From the NCBI GenBank assembly GCA_963836075.1, contig CAWIIB010000009.1:2272001-2336000 (forward strand): a DNA stretch of 64,000 bases. Reading direction: 5' to 3'. Both the position numbers and the translations under genes were made by a program. The DNA is from an uncultured Acidobacteriota bacterium. GTDB lineage: Bacteria > Acidobacteriota > JAQAZP01. This document shows positions 29,249 through 36,845 of this stretch, one piece after another; within the stretch, counting starts at the first letter, position 1; each line of letters starts with the position of its first letter. The notes under the pieces were generated by a model. That model was not told where the DNA came from. It was given only the letters and a program-made list of their open reading frames with translations, and ran no database searches.

Positions 29249-31015
29249 TTAACTTTGCTCTTCCTTGACGTGGATCGCGCCATGCTTGCAGGTCTGCAGG
29301 CAGGCCTGGCAACCGATACAGAGCAGCGGGTTGATCTTGGTCTTGTCGCCGTCCTGGTCTTTTTCCAGACCCGGGCAGGCGACCTTGAAACAGACGCCGC
29401 AGGACTCGCAGATATCGGTGTCCACCTCCAGCGGCTGGTGCCAGACGGAGCGGTCGGCGATGATACAGGGGTAGCGGGTGATGATCACCGAGACCCCGTC
29501 GAAGGCCAGTTCTTCCTTGAGCGTGGCAAGGGTCTCTTCGAGGTTCAGCGGATTTATCACCTTCACATGCGCGACGCCGACGGCATGACAGAGCGCCTCG
29601 ATGTCGACCTGGGGCGCCGGGTCGCCGCCGATGCTCTTGCCGGTACCAGCGTGTTCCTGGTGGCCGGTCATGGCGGTGGTGCTGTTGTCGAGGATGACGA
29701 TGGTGGCCTTGCGGTGGTTGTAAACCGCCTCCACCAGTCCGGTGATGCCGGAATGCATGAAGGTCGAGTCGCCGAGGGTGGCCACCACCCGGTTCTTCAG
29801 TTTTTCGTCCTCCAGCACAGTGGTCATTCCCAGGCCCATCCCGATGGAGGCCCCCATGCAGATACAGGAGTCCATCGACTTCAGCGGGGGAGAGGCACCC
29901 AGGGTGTAGCAGCCGATATCCCCGGTGACGATACAGCGCAGCTTGCGGAAGGCATAGAAGATGCCGCGGTGGGGGCAACCCGGGCAGAGCACGGGCGGGC
30001 GGCCGGGAAGCTCGGTGACCTCGGCCACGGCTGCGGGAGCAGGTGCGCCGTTGCCGTTTAGCGACCGGCGCACGATGTCGGTGTTCAGTTCGCCGATGTT
30101 GGGGACCAGGTCGTGGCCGTGGACGTCGAGACCGGCGGCTTTGATCTGCTCCTCGAGGATCGGGTCCAGTTCCTCGACCACCACCACCTTCTCAACCTCG
30201 CCGCAGAAGCGACGGATCAGGTTCATCGGCAGCGGGTTGGTCAGCCCCAGCTTGAGCACCGATGCCTCGGGCACCGATTCGCGCACATACTGGTAGGCGA
30301 TACCGGAGGTGATCACCCCCAGCGTGCGGTCGCCGTGGTGCTCGATGAAGTTCAGATCCGATGTCTCGGCATACTCGGCGAGTTTTGCCATCCGCTCTTC
30401 CGCCACCACTCGTCGCGGCCTGGCGTGGGCCGGCAGCATAACGAACTTGGCGAACTGCTTCTTGTACGGCTTGAGCCCCACCTCGTGACGCTCTTTCAGG
30501 TCCACCACCCCCTTGGCGTGGCAGGTGCGGGTGGTCATCCGCAGCAGGACCATGGTGTCGAACTGCTCGCTGAGCTCGAAGGCCAGGCTGGTAAAGTCCC
30601 TGGTCTCCCGGCTGTCCGAAGGTTCGAGCATCGGGATCTTGGCAAAGCGGGCGAAGGTGCGGTTGTCCTGTTCGTTCTGCGAGGAGTGCATACCCGGGTC
30701 GTCGGCGGAAACGAGCACGAAACCGCCGTTGACCCCGGTGTAGGCCCAGGTCATCAGCGGGTCGGCGGCGACGTTGACACCCACGTGTTTCATCGCCACC
30801 AGGCTTCTGGCGCCGGCCATGGAGGCGCCCATGGCCACCTCGAAGGCCACCTTCTCGTTGGGTGCCCATTCGGAGATGATCTCCTTGTATTTGACGACGT
30901 TTTCCAGGATCTCCGTGGACGGCGTACCCGGGTAAGCGCTGGCGAACTTTACGCCGCTCTCATACGCCCCCCGGGCCACGGCTTCGTTTCCTGACAGGAC
31001 CTCTTTCATGGCCAT
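29249..31015 (-). CDS. iorA: Indolepyruvate:ferredoxin oxidoreductase alpha subunit
   Basis: 'SGNEAVARG', 'YPGTPSTE', 'CPGCPHR', TPP motif 'GDSTF..SG...DN', C-terminal 2x CxxCxxC ferredoxin. Confidence 0.95.
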   Translation of the reverse strand: MAMKEVLSGNEAVARGAYESGVKFASAYPGTPSTEILENVVKYKEIISEWAPNEKVAFEVAMGASMAGARSLVAMKHVGVNVAADPLMTWAYTGVNGGFVLVSADDPGMHSSQNEQDNRTFARFAKIPMLEPSDSRETRDFTSLAFELSEQFDTMVLLRMTTRTCHAKGVVDLKERHEVGLKPYKKQFAKFVMLPAHARPRRVVAEERMAKLAEYAETSDLNFIEHHGDRTLGVITSGIAYQYVRESVPEASVLKLGLTNPLPMNLIRRFCGEVEKVVVVEELDPILEEQIKAAGLDVHGHDLVPNIGELNTDIVRRSLNGNGAPAPAAVAEVTELPGRPPVLCPGCPHRGIFYAFRKLRCIVTGDIGCYTLGASPPLKSMDSCICMGASIGMGLGMTTVLEDEKLKNRVVATLGDSTFMHSGITGLVEAVYNHRKATIVILDNSTTAMTGHQEHAGTGKSIGGDPAPQVDIEALCHAVGVAHVKVINPLNLEETLATLKEELAFDGVSVIITRYPCIIADRSVWHQPLEVDTDICESCGVCFKVACPGLEKDQDGDKTKINPLLCIGCQACLQTCKHGAIHVKEEQS

Positions 31016-31636
31016 ACCTCGTGAAAACGGTTACTGGATACGGGTGGGAGCCGGCTGGCTGCTGTGAAGCGGCCTCACGACCTCATCCGGTAACGTAAAA
31101 GCGGTTCCTACCACCGGACCAGCAGCATGCGCCAAGTCCGAAGAGTATGCATCTTACCCCAACAACCGATGATTTTCAAAGAAGCGGCCCTGCCCATGGT
31201 CCTGCAGGATTGATTGGCTCCCAAACGCACATTTTTTACCACTCCGGTCAGCTGCCCGCCCACTCTTCACTTGTGCATTGAAAAATGTAGAGAGACGGGC
31301 AGGGTCCGGAGGATCTCAGGTAACACAAGCATATTCAATGAAATATGGACCTGTCCAATGATTTGTCCGGCCGGGGATGGCCGTGGAAAGAGACCCGACC
31401 GAGCCGTCTGTGCCCAGTCCTGGTATGAGACTTGCTCATTTACTAGTGCCGATGAGCGGACACGACAGCTGAGAAAGAATACAAAATTGTTTAAAAAAAA
31501 GACTTACATCGATATACAAGTTGAAGCCGATACATTGATTTCGAATGTCTATCCTGTTATGGTAACTTCTGTCGAAAAGAACCGGAATAAAGTGGAAAAT
31601 ATTTGCACATCTTCCACGGTAACCTCCCATCGGTTC

Positions 31637-33070
31637 ATGCCCATGACCAATTCCCAGCTTCTTATTGCGGTTTTCACGCTCGTCTTTCTGGTCCTCCTGT
31701 TTTCGGCCCCGGCCGGGGCCTACACGCTCTGGAAGGGTTCTCACGTCGACGGCCAGACTGAAATATGGGTCAATCCCAACTGCCTCGACTACAGTGCCGG
31801 CGCCCCTGCCGATCAGATACGGTCCATTCTTGGCGGTGCGGAAGAAGGCGGCGCAGATGCCTGGATCGAGCAGGCGTCCAGCGGCTGGCTCGGTTTCTGC
31901 TTTGCCGGCACCACGACCCTGGAGGAAGTTGATACGGCCGACGGCATCAACCTGGTGGTCTGGAGCGACACCGACGGCAACGGCGCCATCGCCCTGACGT
32001 ACTGTAACGGAGCCTCGGTGGACGACGGTTTCGACATCGTGCTCTTCGACCAGGACCGGATCTGGACCCACGACCTGTACCCCGGCGGCACCGACATCAA
32101 GGGGCTGATGACCCACGAGTTCGGTCATGCGCTGGGCCTGGGCCACTCCGGCGACTACGAATCCACCATGTGGCCCTACCTCAAAGGCAACGGGATGGCC
32201 AACCGTTTGCTGAACGGCGACGACGAACTCGGGTTGAAGGCGATTTACGGCTTCGGTTTCAGCGGGGCGGACCAGTGCTTCTTCCAGCCCGGAGTTTCGG
32301 ACAACGACCTGTGCGACACCGCTCTCGAACTCTTCCCCGGCCAGGTGCTGGACGGTGACACCATCTGGGCGCTGGATGACTATGACCCGGGCGCCGGCGC
32401 CTGCACCGCCGCGGCCCTGCCCGGGCCGGATGCGGTCTACCGTGTCAGCCTTGGCCAGAACGAACAGTTGTATGTGACCATCAGTCCGGTGACCTCCGGT
32501 TTCAACCCGGCGCTCTACCTCTTTTCCGGGTGCGGCGTCGTTCCGCTGAACTGTCTCGCCGGTGCCGATAATGCAGGCAGCAACGGGAACGAGACGCTGG
32601 GTTTCCTTTCCCCTGAAGCCGGCGACTACTACCTGGTGGTTGATTCGGCGGTGGCCGGAGGCATGGGCAGCAGCGGGCGGTTCGTGATCAGCGCCGAGGC
32701 CAGTGTCGGCTCATCCGGTACCGTGCTCGCCTCCCTGCAGTGCAGCACCACGGCCAGCACACTTCCCTGCGGTGTGAATCTCGAGGTTCGAATCACCAAC
32801 ACGACCGGTGAGACGCGGCGTGTTTCGGCCCGCCTGGATCTGGCCAGTGCCGGCGGCCAGGTCTACACCGGCATCCGCGGCGGTTCGGTGAACATCGGCG
32901 CCGGCCTCGAATTCTCCCGGGACGTGGTCTTCAATCTTCCCGCCCTGGGAGGGCTTGACGGAACCAACAGTTTCCTGCTCCTCGCCCAGGACACCACCCC
33001 CGGCGATCCCAGCCCGCTGGCCGGTGACCAGTCGGAAGACACGTGCTCCGTGGTCACCACCCTCGACTAG
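31637..33070 (+). CDS. Secreted matrixin-like (M10) zinc metalloprotease with PPC-like domain and shared C-terminal domain
   Basis: Signal peptide ending 'PAGA'; 'HEFGHALGLGH' and Met-turn 'STMWP'; PPC-like 'GPDAVY...PALYL...YYLVVD'. The ORF-track extension to 31214 runs through AT-rich intergenic DNA and is rejected. Confidence 0.85.
   Translation: MPMTNSQLLIAVFTLVFLVLLFSAPAGAYTLWKGSHVDGQTEIWVNPNCLDYSAGAPADQIRSILGGAEEGGADAWIEQASSGWLGFCFAGTTTLEEVDTADGINLVVWSDTDGNGAIALTYCNGASVDDGFDIVLFDQDRIWTHDLYPGGTDIKGLMTHEFGHALGLGHSGDYESTMWPYLKGNGMANRLLNGDDELGLKAIYGFGFSGADQCFFQPGVSDNDLCDTALELFPGQVLDGDTIWALDDYDPGAGACTAAALPGPDAVYRVSLGQNEQLYVTISPVTSGFNPALYLFSGCGVVPLNCLAGADNAGSNGNETLGFLSPEAGDYYLVVDSAVAGGMGSSGRFVISAEASVGSSGTVLASLQCSTTASTLPCGVNLEVRITNTTGETRRVSARLDLASAGGQVYTGIRGGSVNIGAGLEFSRDVVFNLPALGGLDGTNSFLLLAQDTTPGDPSPLAGDQSEDTCSVVTTLD
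32720..33070 (+). other. Shared C-terminal domain, copy 2 (divergent)
   Basis: TVLASLQC...TLP...ITN...RRVSARLDLASAGG...GIRGG...LPAL..LDGTNSF.L.AQDTTP....AGD...DTCSVV. Confidence 0.75.
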
Positions 33071-33117
33071 CAGCGATCCCTCCACCTCGCCCAGGACCCT
33101 GTTGCGGCGCTGCGTAC

Positions 33118-33180
33118 AAAAAAACGCCCCTCCGATCGGAGGGGCGTGAGAGGCGACCGGCTCCCGCAGGGGCCGGGTTA
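33118..33180 (-). terminator. Intrinsic terminator (tandem hairpins) for the 33188-34231 gene
   Basis: Perfect stem ACGCCCCTCC-GATC-GGAGGGGCGT followed on the minus strand by T7; a second hairpin CCGGCTCC-CGCA-GGGGCCGG lies just after the stop. Confidence 0.85.
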
Positions 33181-33187
33181 CATTCGA

Positions 33188-34231
33188 TTATTCAGCCCAC
33201 GACTGCGGGCCGAACCCTGGCTGCACGGGGCCGCCATAGGAGAAGTCCGGGAGATCCTCGGTCATCAGGCTGTGCAGGTGATGGGCCATGCGCCTCATGA
33301 TCGGGTGTTCATTGAGGTTGCGGGACACATTGTAGAGATACTCAATGGTGATCCCGTTGACCCGGTCGGTGTTCAGGGCCGCCCGATAGGAGTAGACCCC
33401 CAGGTTGTTCTGGTTGACGATGGAGGCATCGCCGGTGGCCACCAGCAGGCTGCCGATCTTGCCCAGCAACTGGGCTCCGTACTCGGAGGCGTTGCCCACA
33501 AACCAGTTGCTGCCGCTGGCCGCCTGAGTGCTGTTGATCACGAATTCCACGGCGTTTTCAACCGAATTGTCCATCGCCAGGAGCCAGTCATTGGTGTTGA
33601 TCAGCCTTCTGGCATTGCCCTGGAAGATGTCGCTGTCCACAATGGCCAGCTCGCCAATCAGAACGTGCGCCTGGAAGCTGGCGCTGAGAATGGCCTCCTG
33701 GCCGCTGAAGGGGGTGCCGCCGTAGATGGCTGTGTACTCAACGGCGGAATCGCTCACCAGCTTGGGCATCACCGCCACCGTGGCGACGGCAGTGCCATAG
33801 TAGGGAGAATCCACACAGTAGAGCAGGGCATCGCACAGCAGCTCGTTGACCCAGCGTTCGTAGGTGTCACGGCTGTTGGGAATGAAGAACTGGTTGTCAC
33901 CGGTCTTTTCGGCCGTCTGGGAGGCACCCCAGGCCAGCAGTTGGCAATACTGGGTCATGCCCTGCAGGTGGTCGGCCATGATTTCAGTGTAGTCGTAGGA
34001 TTCCTTGGCATACGCCAGGTTGGTAAACTCAAACGCTTTCGGCATGGTGGTCTCGATCACGAAGTTCCGGCTCAACGCAGCAGGCGGCAATCCGTCCGCA
34101 TCCTGGACCACCTGGGCAATGGCGCTCTGGGCCAGGGGGCCCCACGCGATACTGTTGCCAGTGGAGAAGATGCTGAAGATTGCCACCGCGGTCAAAACCA
34201 CCAACCAATTCCATTTGCTCTTGTTTTTCAT
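33188..34231 (-). CDS. Secreted hypothetical protein, distantly resembling the zinc-dependent phospholipase C/S1-P1 fold
   Basis: AAGGAAGG RBS; signal peptide ending 'SIA'; mature N-terminus 'WGPLAQ'; own terminator. Confidence 0.75.
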   Translation of the reverse strand: MKNKSKWNWLVVLTAVAIFSIFSTGNSIAWGPLAQSAIAQVVQDADGLPPAALSRNFVIETTMPKAFEFTNLAYAKESYDYTEIMADHLQGMTQYCQLLAWGASQTAEKTGDNQFFIPNSRDTYERWVNELLCDALLYCVDSPYYGTAVATVAVMPKLVSDSAVEYTAIYGGTPFSGQEAILSASFQAHVLIGELAIVDSDIFQGNARRLINTNDWLLAMDNSVENAVEFVINSTQAASGSNWFVGNASEYGAQLLGKIGSLLVATGDASIVNQNNLGVYSYRAALNTDRVNGITIEYLYNVSRNLNEHPIMRRMAHHLHSLMTEDLPDFSYGGPVQPGFGPQSWAE

Positions 34232-34771
34232 CGGGTACCTTCCTTCCTTTTTGAGTGCTTCGGGAGCCCCTTATTTCTCCCGAAATTCTTGTACCGCCTG
34301 TCAAGGTTCTCAGGTGCCCTTTTCGGTCTCTGCCTTAATCCAAAGCCTGAAAACTGATACTGCTGAATCCATTCCATGTTGATTTGTTGCGGATCAGTAT
34401 TCGTCTGCTGGTCTCTTCACCACCTCCTTCGCGCTGATCCCGTTCCAGAGTGAATCCATAGCTACCCATCGAATACATAGTCTCTCATCGGTTGTCAGTT
34501 AAGATACTTTAGATGGAAAGTGCAAAAAATGAATTTAAGGTCAACGCTGCGCGCGGAGGGCGGACAAGTTGTCCTTTACCAGGCCGGCGCCTGTAAAATG
34601 TTGAAAATGAATTGATAATAATTATTTAGCCAGGGTCGATTCAGCTCGAAGTGATTTGTTATCGACAGAAAATGGCACTTTTCTTCCACTTTATCTATAT
34701 AATATTTGAAAAATTTGATGTTTTGAACGGATTGTGACCGGCGGATGTCCCCTTCGAAGAAATGGCTGCTG

Positions 34772-34780
34772 TGCTAGAAT
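34772..34780 (+). promoter_or_regulatory. Extended -10 promoter element
   Basis: TG-c-TAGAAT about 50 bp upstream of ATG 34832, at the end of an AT-rich intergenic region. Confidence 0.45.
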
Positions 34781-34831
34781 ACCGGGGCCTTGGAAACCAT
34801 CCCCCGCGCCAAGCGGTTGACCAGGGGTGAA

Positions 34832-36721
34832 ATGCTGAAAAGATTGAACATCGGTATCTTTCTGATCGTTTCCACCGCCCTGGTTCTGGTGGCCTCGCTC
34901 TTCATCTATCGCGAGTTCTCCGTGGCCGGAAACCTCGGATTTCCGCTGGACGATGCCTGGATCCACCTCAACTTCGCCAGAAACTTTTCCCGGGGCCTGG
35001 GTTTTTGCTTCAACCCCGGCGAGCCGGTGGCCGGAAGCACCGGGCCGCTCTGGACCGCGCTCCTCGGCCTTCACCTGTCCCTCTTTGGCTCGTCTCCCGG
35101 CTCAGTCAAACTGCTGGGGCTGCTCCTGCTCCTGGCTTCGGCCTTGCTGGCGGCACGGGTCGCCCGGCAGCTGGGCGCCGGACCGGCGGTCGCCGGAGCC
35201 GCGGCCATCCTGCTGGCGGTCACGCCGAGGATGCAGTGGGCAGCGCTCTCCGGAATGGAGCTGATGCCGGCGATCCTGCTCTCGCTGGGCGGATTCTCTC
35301 TCTATCTCCGCTGGCGGGCCGGCGGGCTCCCGTTCTGGTGTGCCGCGGCCGGGGTCCTCTTCGGCCTGGCCGGGTGGGCGCGGCCGGAAGCGCTGGTTCT
35401 GGCCGGGGGGCCGGGGATCGATCTCATCTGGTCCGGTATTGGCGGCAAGCGAAACGCCGGTCGCGCCGTGCTCCCGCCTTTTCTGCTGCTCTGCGCCGGT
35501 TTTGTCGCCGTGGCCGGCCCGCTGTTCCTGTTCAACTACTGGCTCACCGGCGGGCAATCGATGCTCCCCAGCACCTTCACCGCCAAGACCCTCGGCCTCT
35601 CCTTTTTCGACCGGGCCGCCGGCGGCTCCGTGGTGGGGCTGTTCGTGAGCTCCTTCCAAACCTTCTGGCCGGTGCTCAAATACATGCTGTTCCCCGACAA
35701 CCTGGTGCTCGTCCTGTTGCTGCCCTTTCTCTTCCTCCGCGGCGGCTCCGCCTCAGGTGCCGCGGCGCGGCCGCTCTGGCTCGCCCTGCTGCTGCTGCCC
35801 TTCCTCCGGGCGCTGCTCACCGGTGAAGTGGAAAATTTTCAGCAGTATGGCCGGTATCTGGCCGTGATTACGCCGCTATTCCTGATCCTCGGTGTGCTTG
35901 CTGTTCAGCGGGCGTTTCCGGACCGGGATGACCCCGCTGCTGTTGACCGGTCTCCGGGGGCGACCCTGGGCTCCCTGCTGGCCATCTCCGGGTGCGCCAG
36001 CGCAGCTCTGGGCATCTTCTACCTGCTGAAGCGATCTGTTTTCGGGATGGGACACCAGTGGCCTCAGGCCGGCAGCCAGTGGTATCTGCCGTTCCTCTCC
36101 CAGTCGCAGCCGCGGCATGTGGCCGTCTTTGCCCTGCTGGCGGTTGTTTCTGCCCTGGGCCTCTGGGTCTTCCGGCGGCGGTTGCGGTCCGGTCCGGGCA
36201 CAAAGATCCTGCTGGTGTTGATGCTGGCATTCTGGGTGAGCCTGGTGGAGGATTGGCAGGTGGCCACCGAGTATGCCTGGAACGTGCGCAACATCGAACA
36301 GACCCAGGTGAGGATCGGTCGCTGGCTGGCCGATGAGACGCCGGACGGCGCGGTGGTGGCCACCAACGACATCGGGGCCATCGGCTTCTTCAGCAACCGG
36401 CGGGTGATCGACATGGTGGGCCTGGTAACCCCGGGGATGCTGGAACGGCTCAGGAGGACCAGGGACCGCGAAGGGGCGGTGCTGGACTATTTCCGGCAGG
36501 ACCGGCCCGACTTCCTGGTGATCTTTGATGACTGGTACCCGGGGATCGCCCGCCGGTCTGACCTGCACGAGGAAGAGTTGCGGGTGTCCATTGAAAACAA
36601 TCTGACCTGCGGCAGCCCGGCCACCCGGGAGATGACCGTCTACCGCTGGACGGCCAGGCCGCCCTCACTCCCGCCGGTGCCAGCCCGGGGAACGCCCGGG
36701 CCGGTGTTGCCAGGGGGATAG
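34832..36721 (+). CDS. Polytopic membrane glycosyltransferase, GT-C-like (AftB/ArnT/PMT-related)
   Basis: Periplasmic loop 'LDDAWIHLNFARN...FNPGE...GSTGPLW', 'SGME', 'RPE', 'RY', C-terminal periplasmic 'DIGAIG...IDMVGL'. Confidence 0.75.
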   Translation: MLKRLNIGIFLIVSTALVLVASLFIYREFSVAGNLGFPLDDAWIHLNFARNFSRGLGFCFNPGEPVAGSTGPLWTALLGLHLSLFGSSPGSVKLLGLLLLLASALLAARVARQLGAGPAVAGAAAILLAVTPRMQWAALSGMELMPAILLSLGGFSLYLRWRAGGLPFWCAAAGVLFGLAGWARPEALVLAGGPGIDLIWSGIGGKRNAGRAVLPPFLLLCAGFVAVAGPLFLFNYWLTGGQSMLPSTFTAKTLGLSFFDRAAGGSVVGLFVSSFQTFWPVLKYMLFPDNLVLVLLLPFLFLRGGSASGAAARPLWLALLLLPFLRALLTGEVENFQQYGRYLAVITPLFLILGVLAVQRAFPDRDDPAAVDRSPGATLGSLLAISGCASAALGIFYLLKRSVFGMGHQWPQAGSQWYLPFLSQSQPRHVAVFALLAVVSALGLWVFRRRLRSGPGTKILLVLMLAFWVSLVEDWQVATEYAWNVRNIEQTQVRIGRWLADETPDGAVVATNDIGAIGFFSNRRVIDMVGLVTPGMLERLRRTRDREGAVLDYFRQDRPDFLVIFDDWYPGIARRSDLHEEELRVSIENNLTCGSPATREMTVYRWTARPPSLPPVPARGTPGPVLPGG

Positions 36722-36735
36722 GGAATCGGTAGAAT
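36707..36735 (+). promoter_or_regulatory. Putative sigma70 promoter
   Basis: TTGCCA(36707-36712)-N17-TAGAAT(36730-36735). Confidence 0.5.
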
Positions 36736-36845
36736 TGCAACTGCGTGCGCCCTGAGCGGTTACGGGGACCCGCCGGCACAGCGGTTCACCACATCACCAC
36801 CGGAAAACGTGTGCCCCCCCCCCCAAGGGGTGGGATCGTTACTTC

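Noticed and set aside
29217-29978. Long N-terminal extension of iorB
   Set aside because: It overlaps iorA out of frame; a GTG start with RBS exists at 29216.
31063-31079. TGTGA-N7-TCACG as a CRP/FNR-type site
   Set aside because: The spacer is 7 rather than 6 bp; it is better explained as part of the leader hairpin.
31214-31636. 141-codon N-terminal extension of the matrixin ORF
   Set aside because: It runs through AT-rich promoter-like DNA with no RBS; the signal peptide begins at 31637/31643.
34228-34377. 49-codon upstream ORF (minus strand) overlapping the ATG of the 33188-34231 gene, plus leader hairpin at ~34258-34285
   Set aside because: No RBS near its ATG and no recognisable leader-peptide or riboswitch signature; compatible with chance.
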